Below, piece by piece: positions 36,019-46,068 of a stretch of 64,000 nucleotides of DNA. Source of the stretch: Nitrospirota bacterium (GTDB lineage: Bacteria; Nitrospirota; Thermodesulfovibrionia; Thermodesulfovibrionales; JdFR-85); the NCBI GenBank assembly GCA_011051565.1, contig DRKX01000080.1, positions 17,637 to 81,636 on the forward strand, in the 5' to 3' direction. Each line of letters begins with the position of its first letter. Positions within the stretch are counted from its first letter, which is position 1. The notes beneath the pieces were generated by a model that saw only the letters and a program-made list of their open reading frames with translations, was not told the DNA's origin and did no database searches. The translations under genes were made by a program, and so were the position numbers.

Positions 36019-38904
36019 ATGTTCAAGATAAAGCTCATATACAGGTTCCTACTCAACTTCCTCATCTTCTCCCTCGCCCTTGTACTGCCCCTCTCTTTTT
36101 CCCTCCGCAAGGACATCAAGGCGGTCTTCACGAACATGGAAGCGCTCATGGAGAACAAAAGACTCGACGAGGCCCGCGTAATCGAGGACGAGTTCTTCAG
36201 GGAGACGTTCGCGCACATGATGAGCATCTCTTTCTATGCGTTCTTCCTCGCCTTCGTCCTCGCCCTCTTCTCCTCAAGGAGGTTCCTCAAGCCCATAAGG
36301 GCGCTCTATACCGGCGCCGAAGCCGTGAAAAGGGGGGATCTCGACATAAAGATACCGGTCTATTCAGCAGACGAGTTGGGCGAGGTGACGGCAATATTCA
36401 ACGAGATGCTCGCCAACCTGAGGGCCAAGACCGAAGAGCTGCAGAACAAGGACACCTACGTAAAGACGATGATGGATGCCCTCTGGGTGGTCGACAATAA
36501 CGACGTAGTCATAGACATAAACCCTGCGTTCACGAAGATGTTCGGTTACGATCGTGACCAGGCGGTGGGGTCTTCGATATACGACTTCTTGGATGCGGAG
36601 AACGCCATGATAATGAAGAGGGAGCTCGGACTGAAGAGACGCCGAGGCGAACACTCCACATACGAGATAAACATCACGGCGAGGGACGGCTCGCAGATAC
36701 CCGTGCTCATCACCGGTGCTCCCATAGTCAGAAACGGCGAGGTCGTGGGCAAGATCGGAATAATAAAGGACTTCAGGGACCAGGCGAATCTCGTGAAGGA
36801 ACTGAAGGGGTCGAGAGACTATCTCGAGACCGTGATGAACAGCATAGAAGACTCCATCATGATCATAAACACCGACTACAGGATACTGAAGGCCAACGTG
36901 GCCGCTCTCGAGAGGTACGGCAAGGAGATCACGGGAAAGAAGTGCTACGAGATAACCCAAAACTCCTTCAGGCCGTGCTGGATGGATGGGGAGGACTGCC
37001 CCATCCAGGAGGTCTTCACCACAGGGGGCACGTGCAAGACGATACGCGAACACTACGACGAGGGGGGAGCCAAGCGCTATGTGGAGGTGATAGCATCCCC
37101 GATCAGGGACTCCGAGGGAAGGATCATCGAAGCACTGAAGGTGATAAGGGACGTAACAGAACGCATGGTGCATCTGGAGGAGATGGAAAGGAGAAACAGG
37201 GAGCTTATCCTGCTGAACTCCATCGCCTCCATAATAAACAAGTCGCTCAAGGCGGAGGAGATATTCTCGAGCGTGCTTGACAGGCTCATCGGTGCACTCG
37301 ACATGGACGGCGGCTGCGTATTCACCATCGACGAAGACGCCCGTGAACTCATATGCCTGTGCCAAAGCGGGGTGGCGGAACAGTGCACCGCAAGGGCCGT
37401 CAAGGTGAAGCTCGGCGACGACATACCCGGAAGGGTCGCTGTCACAGGTGAGGTGATGACGTCTTCCAATCTCGACACCGACAGCCGGGTGCCGGTCTCT
37501 ATATTCAAGGATTCCAAGATAAAGGGCTACTGCTGCATCCCCATAAGGGGAAAGGAACGCATCCTCGGCGTCTACTGCCTCTTCAAGTTCAGGGAGCACT
37601 TCTTCACCATGGAGGAGGAGAAGATACTGCTCGCCGTGGGTGAGATGGCCGGTCTCGCGCTCGAAAACAGCAGGCTCTACGAAGAGATGAAGGAGATGTT
37701 CGTTACCCAGAAGGGCAGGAGGCTCCAGGAACAGAGGGACCTCCTCGGCCTGTCCTCGAAGCTCACATCCGCAAACAACATCGACGAGGTCGTCCACAGC
37801 ACGGCCTCCCTCATAAAGGCGTATCTCTCCTCGGACTCCGTCCTCTTCTGGGGCAAGAGAGACGACGGCTCTCTCGCGCTCGTATACTCCACGGGGCTTG
37901 AGCCCCCCACCCGCTTCATCAGGACGGATACGGGCTCGACGGAGGCCCAGGCCGCCCGGATGTGCGAACACGTGAGCATAGAGGACATAGACGCCGACGA
38001 CCGCTCCCCTTTCACGGACGACATGAAGAAGATGGGCATCAGGTCGGCCCTCTCAATGCCCGTCATGGTCGGAGAGCATCTCCTCGGGGTCTTCACGTCC
38101 TTGTCGAGGACCCCGCGGAGGTACCGTGACGACGAGATACACTTCCTCCGCATAATATCGAGCATCTTCGGAGTGGCGCTCGAGAGGAGCAGGCTGTCGG
38201 AAAAGCACGAGCTGGACAGGATGAAGACGGATATCATCAGCTCCGTCTCCTACGAGCTGAGAACCCCCCTGTCGGCTATCGTGGGACTTACGGAGATGCT
38301 CATGGACGGTGAGATCAGAGGGGCGAGGGCGGAAAAGTACCTGAAGACCGTCTATGCCGAAGGAATGAGGCTGTCCGAGCTGATCTCGGACCTGCTGAGT
38401 ATATCGAGGCTCGAAAGCGGTGAAGAACCGGTTCGTCTGAGCGACATAGACTTCTCCGAGCTCGTAGAGTCGGTCGAGAAGACCCTCGATGCGGATATCC
38501 GGGCAAAGAACATCTCTCTCGTGACCGAGGTGGACCCTGACACCGCAGGGTTCCGCGGCGACAGGGAGCGGCTCAAGCAACTCCTTGTCAATCTTGTCGA
38601 CAACGCCGTAAAGTACTCCGACGAAGGGTGTTACATAAATTTGAAGGTACGATATTCGGAAGAATATGTTATACTTGAGGTATCCGACACGGGATGGGGG
38701 ATTTCGGAGAGGGACATTCCAAACCTGGGGAAACGCTTCTACAGGGGAGATCACGGAAGAAGGACAAAGGGCACCGGATTAGGGCTCGCCCTCTGCAGGG
38801 AGATCGTGCGGATACACCTTGGCAGCATCGAGATCAAGAGCGTGTTGAACAGGGGAACAACCGTTATTGTCACCCTTCCATACAGGAGACTGGAAGATGC
38901 CTAA
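36019..38904 (+). CDS. Multi-domain sensor histidine kinase (TM-HAMP-PAS-PAS-GAF-GAF-HisKA-HATPase)
   Basis: The H-box is SYELRTPLSAI, the N-box is VDNAVKYS and the G-boxes are DTGWGI/GTGLGLAL. There are two PAS-like and two GAF-like segments. Confidence 0.85.
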   Translation: MFKIKLIYRFLLNFLIFSLALVLPLSFSLRKDIKAVFTNMEALMENKRLDEARVIEDEFFRETFAHMMSISFYAFFLAFVLALFSSRRFLKPIRALYTGAEAVKRGDLDIKIPVYSADELGEVTAIFNEMLANLRAKTEELQNKDTYVKTMMDALWVVDNNDVVIDINPAFTKMFGYDRDQAVGSSIYDFLDAENAMIMKRELGLKRRRGEHSTYEINITARDGSQIPVLITGAPIVRNGEVVGKIGIIKDFRDQANLVKELKGSRDYLETVMNSIEDSIMIINTDYRILKANVAALERYGKEITGKKCYEITQNSFRPCWMDGEDCPIQEVFTTGGTCKTIREHYDEGGAKRYVEVIASPIRDSEGRIIEALKVIRDVTERMVHLEEMERRNRELILLNSIASIINKSLKAEEIFSSVLDRLIGALDMDGGCVFTIDEDARELICLCQSGVAEQCTARAVKVKLGDDIPGRVAVTGEVMTSSNLDTDSRVPVSIFKDSKIKGYCCIPIRGKERILGVYCLFKFREHFFTMEEEKILLAVGEMAGLALENSRLYEEMKEMFVTQKGRRLQEQRDLLGLSSKLTSANNIDEVVHSTASLIKAYLSSDSVLFWGKRDDGSLALVYSTGLEPPTRFIRTDTGSTEAQAARMCEHVSIEDIDADDRSPFTDDMKKMGIRSALSMPVMVGEHLLGVFTSLSRTPRRYRDDEIHFLRIISSIFGVALERSRLSEKHELDRMKTDIISSVSYELRTPLSAIVGLTEMLMDGEIRGARAEKYLKTVYAEGMRLSELISDLLSISRLESGEEPVRLSDIDFSELVESVEKTLDADIRAKNISLVTEVDPDTAGFRGDRERLKQLLVNLVDNAVKYSDEGCYINLKVRYSEEYVILEVSDTGWGISERDIPNLGKRFYRGDHGRRTKGTGLGLALCREIVRIHLGSIEIKSVLNRGTTVIVTLPYRRLEDA

Positions 38905-39265
38905 AGTGATGGTAATCGACGATGAACCTTTCATCCTGATGATGATCGAGGACAAGCTGAGGCGGGGGGGACTCGATGTGGTCACCCTAAGGGAGAGCAA
39001 GAGCGCCGTCGAGGCGATACGGAGGGAGAAGCCGGACCTGATAATCCTCGACTGGATGATGCCGGAGATCAGCGGTATAAACATCTGCAGGACCATAAAG
39101 ACCGACCCCGACCTCTCAAGGATTCCCGTCTTCATGCTGACGGCCAAGGGACAGGAGGACGACGAAAAACTGGGGATACGTTGCGGTGTCGACCGCTACA
39201 TAACAAAACCCTTCAGCCCCAGGATCCTTCTGGAGTTGGTACTTGAACAACTTGGAAGCAAATAG
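38897..39265 (+). CDS. Single-domain response regulator (receiver only)
   Basis: It reads VMVIDDEP...DLIILDWMMPEISG...LTAKG...KPF. The ATG at 38897 overlaps the kinase stop. Confidence 0.85.
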   Translation: MPKVMVIDDEPFILMMIEDKLRRGGLDVVTLRESKSAVEAIRREKPDLIILDWMMPEISGINICRTIKTDPDLSRIPVFMLTAKGQEDDEKLGIRCGVDRYITKPFSPRILLELVLEQLGSK

Positions 39266-40376
39266 GGTCAAGGAAGACCTGAAGGCCGCTATAACCGAGC
39301 TTAGCGACACATACGAGGAGCTGTCCCTTCTGTACAGGCTGTCCGAGGAGTTCACCGGGCTCGGGGTCGACGGGATATGCCGCCTGCTGTTGAAGAAGGC
39401 CGTATCACTGCTCGGCATAAGGACGGGCGCCGTTCTCTTTCTGGACCCGGACTCCGGACGGCTGTACACGCGGGCGTCCACCGGCGAGTGGGAAAGGGGC
39501 ACGTCCTTCGCCAAGGGGGACAACATCCTCTGGAGGGCCATTCACTCGAACAAGGCCATAACGCTCTGCGATCACGGCACCCACAGGGAGAGGCTGGACC
39601 AGATCAGGTGCAACTCCCTACTGGTGATTCCCCTCAAGGGCAAGAAGCAGACCATCGGTGTATTCGTGGCTGCAGACAAGGCGGACGGGAGGGAGTTCTA
39701 CTCGGGTGACATGAAGCTGCTGACCACCATCTCCTCACAGGCTGCGCTCTTCATCGAAAACGCCCTTCTGACCCGGGAAATGCAGGATTTCCTGATAGAG
39801 ACGATCCGTTCGTTCGTCAAGGCGCTCGAGGCCTCCTCACTGTGGACCGCCGGACACACCGAGAGGGTGACGCGTTACGCCTTGTCCATTGCAGAACTGC
39901 TCCGGCTCGATGCCGGCGAGATCGAGAAGCTGAGGATCAGCAGCCTCCTTCACGACATCGGGAAGATCGCCACTCCAAAGGAGATACTGAACAAGAAGGG
40001 CAGACTGAACAAGCCGGAGTGGTCCGAGATAAGGCGCCACCCAATAGTCGGGGCCGAGATACTCTCGGGTCTGAGCAGTTTCAGGGAGGTGATCGAGTGC
40101 ATAAGGTATCACCACGAGCATTATGACGGGACCGGGATTCACGGCCTGTCGGGCGGCGACATACCGCTCATGGCGAGGATTCTGGCCGTTGCTGACGCCT
40201 TCGACGCAATGACCTCCGACCGGCCTTACCGGAAGAAGAAGACCATCGATGAGACGGTCCGGGAGATAAAGGACTGCGCGGGTAGACAGTTCGACCCGGC
40301 GGTCGTACAGGCGTGTATAGAGTGGATCGGCTCAACCCACCACGTTGTATCTCCTGAGCCTGAATCCCGCTCCTAA
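39243..40376 (+). CDS. GAF / HD-GYP domain protein (putative c-di-GMP phosphodiesterase)
   Basis: Motifs are HDIGKIATP...HPIVGAEIL...YHHEHYDGTGIHG (HD-GYP-like). The start is uncertain and overlaps the RR gene by 23 nt. Confidence 0.8.
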   Translation: MNNLEANRVKEDLKAAITELSDTYEELSLLYRLSEEFTGLGVDGICRLLLKKAVSLLGIRTGAVLFLDPDSGRLYTRASTGEWERGTSFAKGDNILWRAIHSNKAITLCDHGTHRERLDQIRCNSLLVIPLKGKKQTIGVFVAADKADGREFYSGDMKLLTTISSQAALFIENALLTREMQDFLIETIRSFVKALEASSLWTAGHTERVTRYALSIAELLRLDAGEIEKLRISSLLHDIGKIATPKEILNKKGRLNKPEWSEIRRHPIVGAEILSGLSSFREVIECIRYHHEHYDGTGIHGLSGGDIPLMARILAVADAFDAMTSDRPYRKKKTIDETVREIKDCAGRQFDPAVVQACIEWIGSTHHVVSPEPESRS

Positions 40377-41693
40377 TTCCCGGGCGATCTCCCTGCACCT
40401 CTCGACGTCGACCCCCGGTGCATCAACGACCGTCACGGTCACATCCGGCACGTATTTCACCGCTTCCCTCACAAAGTCGACCACACCCCTGTAGGCCCCC
40501 TCGATAAACGGCCTGCAGAGGGCCCTGTAGGTCTCCTCGTCCTGCGCGTCGAGACTTATCGAGATGGAATCCACGAGCCCATCGAGCTCCGGCAGGATGT
40601 TCCTGCCGTGGATCAGGTTGCCGTGACCGTTTGTGTTTATCCTCACCCTGCCACCGTTCTCCTTTATCCACCCCGCCAGGGCCTTTACGAGATCGAGCCG
40701 CAGCAACGGCTCGCCGTATCCGCAAAAGACCACCTCCCTGTACAACGAAGGATCACCTATCTCCTCCTTCAGCTCTGCAAGGCCCGGCTCGCGGTCGAGC
40801 CTCAGGTTGTGCCCCTTCACGTAATCGGAGTGGAACCTTATGCAGAAAGAACATGCGTTCGTACACCTGTTCGTGATGTTTAAGTAGAGGGAATCCCGGA
40901 TCTTGTAGGCGATCTTTCCCTCTGGAGAATATCCCCCGGTGCCGAAGAGCCTCCCCGCGTTCAAGGTGGTGATCCTCGCGATATCCTCTGTCTCCACACC
41001 CCTCAGCTCGGCGAGCTTTCCGGCCGTATGCAGGAGGAAAGAAGGTTCGTTCCTCCTGCCTCTCAGAGGAACAGGCGAGAGGTATGGGGCGTCGGTCTCG
41101 ATGAGCAGGTATTCATCCGGTATCGATGCAGCCGCCTCCCTGAGCCTCTCGGCGTTCTTGAACGTCACGGTTCCTGCAAAGGATATATACAGCCCCATCG
41201 CCATCACCTTCTCGGCCATGTCCAGGTCTCCGGAAAAGCAGTGCATCACGCCGCGGCTGACTCCTGAATCGGAGAGGATGCTCAGTGTGTCGGCCTCAGC
41301 CTCCCTCGAGTGGACTATCACCGGGAGTCCGAGTTCGAGCGCAAGAGATATGTGGCTCTCGAAGACCCTCCGCTGCACATCCCTCGGGGAGTGGTCGTAG
41401 TGGTAGTCGAGCCCGGTCTCACCGATTGCAACGACCTTCTCCTGTGCCGACAACTCCCTTATCCGCTCGGCTGTATCCGGCGTGAACTCCTTTGCATCGT
41501 GGGGATGGACACCGACCGCCGCATATACCATGTCGTATCTGCCGGCGAGCTTCACCGCCGTTTCAGAGCTCTCCAAACCTGAGCCGACGGTTATGATCAC
41601 TCCTGTGCCGGCATCCCTCGCTCTCCTTATGACGTCGTCCCTGTCGGGGTCGAAAGCGGATGCATCAAGGTGGCAGTGGGTGTCGGTCAGCAT
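40332..41693 (-). CDS. Fusion protein: TatD-family metal-dependent hydrolase + small radical SAM domain
   Basis: The N-terminal half is TatD-like (MLTDTHCHLDA...GETGLDYH...VIVHSREA...MHCFSG...ETDAPYL). The C-terminal half has CTNACSFC (CX3CX2C) and GYGEPLL. Start trimmed to ATG 41693. Confidence 0.8.
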   Translation of the reverse strand: MLTDTHCHLDASAFDPDRDDVIRRARDAGTGVIITVGSGLESSETAVKLAGRYDMVYAAVGVHPHDAKEFTPDTAERIRELSAQEKVVAIGETGLDYHYDHSPRDVQRRVFESHISLALELGLPVIVHSREAEADTLSILSDSGVSRGVMHCFSGDLDMAEKVMAMGLYISFAGTVTFKNAERLREAAASIPDEYLLIETDAPYLSPVPLRGRRNEPSFLLHTAGKLAELRGVETEDIARITTLNAGRLFGTGGYSPEGKIAYKIRDSLYLNITNRCTNACSFCIRFHSDYVKGHNLRLDREPGLAELKEEIGDPSLYREVVFCGYGEPLLRLDLVKALAGWIKENGGRVRINTNGHGNLIHGRNILPELDGLVDSISISLDAQDEETYRALCRPFIEGAYRGVVDFVREAVKYVPDVTVTVVDAPGVDVERCREIARELGAGFRLRRYNVVG

Positions 41694-41760
41694 CGGGCTG
41701 CCGGCAGCTGGTGATTGGCTGTCATGCGTTGTATGGCTCTTTACGCCTGAATCGTCTGCT

Positions 41761-42969
41761 CTACGCACCGAACTTCTTGAGTCTACCGGAATTGGCGAGG
41801 GCAAGGGGGATGATGTTGACGGCCGGGAGTATTCCAAGTTCTCCCTTGAGGCACTCCCTCTCGGTGAATGCCTGGCTCAGTCCGCCCAACACGTAGGGAG
41901 AGTGTATGAGCAGCGGCACGGGGTGCCAACTGTGGGACTTCATCACTGACGGGGTCGAGTGATCCCCGGTTATTATCAGGACGTCGGGGTTCAGTCCGCG
42001 TATGTCCGGGAGGAAGGCGTCGAACTCCTCGATCTTTCCAGCCTTGCCTTCGAAGTCTCCGTCCTCCCCGTAGGAGTCCACCTTCTTCACATGGACGAAG
42101 AAGAAGTCGTAATCCTGGAGGTTGTCCCTCATGAACTCTATCTCCTCTCTTATGTCACCGTTGACCGGCGGGGTGTCCATCCCTATGAGCCTCGCCAGCC
42201 CCCTGTACATCGGGTATATCGCGATTGCAAGCGCCTTGAGACCGAAGACCTCTTCGAATGCCGGGATCGATGGCACCTGCGCAATCCCCCTCAAGAGTAT
42301 GAAGTTCGCGGCATCCTCGTCCTTGAGAATCTCCTTGGCCCTCTCCACGAGCTTCTCCGCGATCCGGGCGACCCGTTCGGACTGGTGGTTCGAGGGCACC
42401 GGCCTGAGCGGCGGCTTGCCCGTCTTCTGAGGGTCCGTGTCGTTTACCTCTGCCGAGCCCTCATCGAGCGGCTCCGGAAACCTGAAGACCACGGCGAACC
42501 TGTACTCCATACCGTGAGTGAATATGATCTCGGCCTCGTCAATACGACTTATCTCCTTCTGCAGCCTCTCGGTCAGCCTCCTCCCCTTCTCGGTCGCTAT
42601 CCTGCCGGCACGCCTGTCCTTTATCAGCCCCTCCTGCACGGTGGCGTAGTTGCACCTTACGGCCACGTCCGTGTTCCTCAGCTCTACACCCAACCCGAGT
42701 GCCTCGAGGACCCCCCTGCCTATCTGCCACCTGAGCGGGTCGTAGCCGAAGATGCCGAGGTGCCCGGGACCGCTTCCCGGAGTTATGCCGTAGGAGACCG
42801 GCATATGGAGCCCCGTGGCAGAGGCCCTTGCGAGTGCATCGAGATTGGGTGTCCGTGCCGTCTCGAGCTCGGTACGGCCTTCGATCGGAAGGCCGCCGAG
42901 CCCGTCGAGTACTATCAGGAATATCTTCGTATTGTTCTTCAGTACAAGGTCCTTGATTATCTCCTGCAT
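41761..42969 (-). CDS. apgM: Cofactor-independent phosphoglycerate mutase, archaeal type (ApgM)
   Basis: 402 aa with LIVLDGLGG...TGDHSTP, the metalloenzyme pattern typical of ApgM. Confidence 0.8.
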   Translation of the reverse strand: MQEIIKDLVLKNNTKIFLIVLDGLGGLPIEGRTELETARTPNLDALARASATGLHMPVSYGITPGSGPGHLGIFGYDPLRWQIGRGVLEALGLGVELRNTDVAVRCNYATVQEGLIKDRRAGRIATEKGRRLTERLQKEISRIDEAEIIFTHGMEYRFAVVFRFPEPLDEGSAEVNDTDPQKTGKPPLRPVPSNHQSERVARIAEKLVERAKEILKDEDAANFILLRGIAQVPSIPAFEEVFGLKALAIAIYPMYRGLARLIGMDTPPVNGDIREEIEFMRDNLQDYDFFFVHVKKVDSYGEDGDFEGKAGKIEEFDAFLPDIRGLNPDVLIITGDHSTPSVMKSHSWHPVPLLIHSPYVLGGLSQAFTERECLKGELGILPAVNIIPLALANSGRLKKFGA

Positions 42970-42974
42970 CGCAC

Positions 42975-43712
42975 CTATCCCCCCTCTGAACCGGTCCGGC
43001 TCCCGAGCGGGAATCCAGACCCTTCTTTCTTGAACTGGTGGTATGCCTTTATGAACACCACATACGTATACCCCATGTAGGCACCGGTGAAGATCATCGA
43101 TGCAATAAGCCCCAAGAGAGAAAGACGGCTCAGAATGACATTGAAGACCATCAGCAAAAACCCTATGCCTATGATGGCGGCAAAGAGCGTGAGTGTATAC
43201 GAGAAGTTGCCCTTCACGATCTGCACGCTCCGCTTCATGGCATCGATCGGGCCCGTCTTCTCGAGCATCACGACGATGAACGTGAACACGAATACGAATG
43301 CAACGGCCAAGCCCGGCAGGAAGAAGAGCGTGAACCCGACAAGCAGCAAGACGCCGACAATCAGTCCGGAGACCGCAAGGCTGACTATCATCTCGTTGGC
43401 TCTGCTGAATCCGTATCCTATCGACGTCTTCCCCTTCTCGGTCAGCTCAGTCATCATCGAGGTGACCATCCCCTGGGCGAAACTGTAAAGCACCCACCCG
43501 ATCACCGACAGAACCGCCCTTGCCAGCACGAGATTCGTCATCTCCTCTCCCGTGCCGCCCATCCCGTCGGACTCCATAGTGGACATCTTGAACCCGACCA
43601 TCAGTATCGAGATGGAACCTATGACTAAGGCGGCTATCACAGGCGGCAGCACCACGATGGTATGCTTCCTCGTCAAGGCCAGGCTCTCTTTGAGCAACTC
43701 ACCCACACTCAT
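42975..43712 (-). CDS. Hypothetical polytopic membrane protein
   Basis: 245 aa with about 6 hydrophobic helices and no motif I recognise. It ends 5 nt upstream of apgM. Confidence 0.5.
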   Translation of the reverse strand: MSVGELLKESLALTRKHTIVVLPPVIAALVIGSISILMVGFKMSTMESDGMGGTGEEMTNLVLARAVLSVIGWVLYSFAQGMVTSMMTELTEKGKTSIGYGFSRANEMIVSLAVSGLIVGVLLLVGFTLFFLPGLAVAFVFVFTFIVVMLEKTGPIDAMKRSVQIVKGNFSYTLTLFAAIIGIGFLLMVFNVILSRLSLLGLIASMIFTGAYMGYTYVVFIKAYHQFKKEGSGFPLGSRTGSEGG

Positions 43713-43960
43713 GTGTGCAGTCTCTCCTTGTCACTGTCTCTCATTCCGCTTAATCCCGGGCGGGCAGTCGTATTCACCGATCGGGTCACTACGCCCTCCC
43801 GCCGGTACCGGAAGGTGAAATGAATAATATCAGTTTGCCGCAAACGGTGTCAATCAAGTGGCAGCGCATGCTGAGCTCTCGAACGACCTTTACGTCTCCC
43901 TTGGGGTATAATGGAGTGGTAACAACAGCGGCTGATCAGTCCGCGACCGGAGGAACGCCC

Positions 43961-44767
43961 TTGAAAAGACGCAGGCTCGGACAGCATTACCTCTTCGACC
44001 GCTCGATACTGGAAAGGATCATTGAGGCGGCAGGACTCACACCCGAGGACATCGTGGTGGAGATCGGGCCCGGCAAGGGCCACCTCACGCTCATGCTGTC
44101 TGAAGAGGTGAGAGAGGTTGTGGCGATCGAACTCGACACACGCCTCTGCGAAGAACTCGCAGCGAAGTTCTCCAAGACAGGGAATATAAGGCTCTTCTGC
44201 GGTGACGCCCTGAAGTACCCCTACCACACGTTGCCGAGGTTCAAGGTGGTTGCCAACATCCCCTACTACGTGACGACTCCCATAATCTTCAGGCTGCTCG
44301 CCCACCGCGACAGGCTTGTCTCTGCAACCATCACCGTCCAGAAGGAGGTGGCCGAGAGGATGGTGGCACCTCCGGGCGGAAAGGACTACGGTGTGCTCTC
44401 GCTCATGATCCAGTACCACGCAGATGCCGCCATAGCATTCCACATACCGAGGGAGGCCTTCAGGCCGCCCCCGAAGGTGGACTCCGCCGTCGTCCATATG
44501 AGGATGCTGGCCGAACCGCGGATATCCGTCACGGATGAACGGCTCTTCTTCAGGATCATAAAGACGGCCTTCTCGCAAAGGAGAAAGACCCTGTCGAACT
44601 CCCTCAAGCCGCTCGGCGGCGGCGTGAAAGAAGCCCTGCTCGCCGCAGGCATAGACCCCCGGAGGAGGCCTGAGACACTGAGCATGGAAGAGTTCGCGGG
44701 GATCGCTGAAGCGCTCGCCCGGCATCATGCTTCAAGGCAGAAGGGGAAGACGCGCGCCGGTGCATGA
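43961..44767 (+). CDS. rsmA: 16S rRNA (adenine1518/1519-N6)-dimethyltransferase RsmA/KsgA
   Basis: It reads KRRRLGQHYLFD, with the SAM motif VVEIGPGKGHLT and NIPYYVTTPI. I moved the start to TTG 43961, 6 nt after GGAGGA, which gives a typical 268-aa length. Confidence 0.85.
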   Translation: MKRRRLGQHYLFDRSILERIIEAAGLTPEDIVVEIGPGKGHLTLMLSEEVREVVAIELDTRLCEELAAKFSKTGNIRLFCGDALKYPYHTLPRFKVVANIPYYVTTPIIFRLLAHRDRLVSATITVQKEVAERMVAPPGGKDYGVLSLMIQYHADAAIAFHIPREAFRPPPKVDSAVVHMRMLAEPRISVTDERLFFRIIKTAFSQRRKTLSNSLKPLGGGVKEALLAAGIDPRRRPETLSMEEFAGIAEALARHHASRQKGKTRAGA

Positions 44768-44969
44768 GAAAGCGGCCGCCCGGCCTTACAGCCTGATAAA
44801 CCGGAGGATCATCTCCAAATGAGAGGATACAACGGCGCCTGAACGGTTTAAAGTTCGCAATCACCATCCAGGTGAACTGCATCCCGGCCGGATGCCGGAA
44901 CGAAATGGGTGAAGACTCCGCCATACCCCGTCTATAGACGGATTCTCACCGGCAAGCCGCACCTCCCCT

Positions 44970-45440
44970 TCACTCGGTCTCACACGGAGGGATCACTTCC
45001 CTCAGCCCCCTCAGTCTCTCCTCGGTGAGCTCGGGTTCTACCACATAGCGCGAAAGTGCGTGTTCGTCCCTTCTCTTGATCAGGAGCCACTGGTTCCCTC
45101 TACCCTTCAACCTCGTCAGGACGAATCCCCCCTTGAGCTTTCTCCCCTGGAGAACCAGCTCAAGCCTCCCCTCTGCCAGGCTCCCTCCGGTGAGCTCATA
45201 CCCGCCCGAGTCCCATATGAGCACGGGGCCGGCACCGTAACGGCCTTCGGGGATGATTCCTTCGAATGTCCCGTAATCGAGCGGATGGTCGTCAACCATT
45301 ATTGCAAGCCTCTTGTCCTTCGGGCACATCGAAGGCCCCTTGGGGACGGCCCATGACTTGAGCACTCCGTCCATCTCGAGCCTGAAGTCGTAATGGAGGC
45401 GCCGCGAGTGGTGCTCGTGTACAACGAAGTAGGCCATCAT
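44970..45440 (-). CDS. Stand-alone LigD-type 3'-phosphoesterase (PE) domain protein
   Basis: The pattern [30 protein letters not shown]...DHPLDY..FEG.IP...YGAG is the LigD PE signature. Start trimmed to Met33/34. Confidence 0.8.
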   Translation of the reverse strand: MMAYFVVHEHHSRRLHYDFRLEMDGVLKSWAVPKGPSMCPKDKRLAIMVDDHPLDYGTFEGIIPEGRYGAGPVLIWDSGGYELTGGSLAEGRLELVLQGRKLKGGFVLTRLKGRGNQWLLIKRRDEHALSRYVVEPELTEERLRGLREVIPPCETE

Positions 45441-45595
45441 GTATGATAGCACGTATACGGCACTGAAATCCGCGGGATTGACATACTCGGGGTCCGGTGT
45501 TAATATGTGGATAGACGGCGGGAGGCCGTCCTTCACACGGTGCAGTCAGTCATGTTCCGTAACGGCTGCTTTCCACGAGAGACCGTCTGCAAACC

Positions 45596-46015
45596 ATGGA
45601 GATGGGATTCGAGATTCTCGACATATCAGGAGACGTGGGACTCAGGGTCCGCGGCCGGAGCCTCGACGAACTATTCGTAAACAGCGCCCTCGGACTCTAC
45701 AGCCTCATCACCGACATTTCGAGGGTCGAACCAGCAGACTCGACCGACATCAGGCTCGAAAGCGAGACCCTCGATGGACTGTTCATAGGATGGCTCAACG
45801 AGCTGATCTTCCGGTTCGACACCTACGGGTTCATCGGCAGGGAGATACACGTTGAATCAGTCACGGAAAAGAGGATCGAGGCACGGATAAGGGGCGAGGA
45901 CTTCGATCCCGAGAGACACGAACGCGGATTCCTGGTGAAGGCAGCCACGTACCACGACCTCAAGATAGAGAGGAAGGGCGATACGTGGATCGCAGAGGTG
46001 GTTCTCGACATATAG
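45596..46015 (+). CDS. Archease (RtcB activator/chaperone)
   Basis: 139 aa. It reads FEILDISGDVGLRVRG.SLDELF...VKAATYHDLKI, typical of archease, and sits directly upstream of rtcB. Confidence 0.8.
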   Translation: MEMGFEILDISGDVGLRVRGRSLDELFVNSALGLYSLITDISRVEPADSTDIRLESETLDGLFIGWLNELIFRFDTYGFIGREIHVESVTEKRIEARIRGEDFDPERHERGFLVKAATYHDLKIERKGDTWIAEVVLDI

Positions 46016-46068
46016 CACTTAGCATCCTGGGATAACGTCCATAACATAAAAACTCAAGGAGTGCTCCG

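Noticed and set aside
36364-37971. 535-aa minus-strand ORF
   Set aside because: It lies antisense to the sensor kinase gene, whose PAS, GAF and HisKA motifs are unambiguous. It is a shadow ORF.
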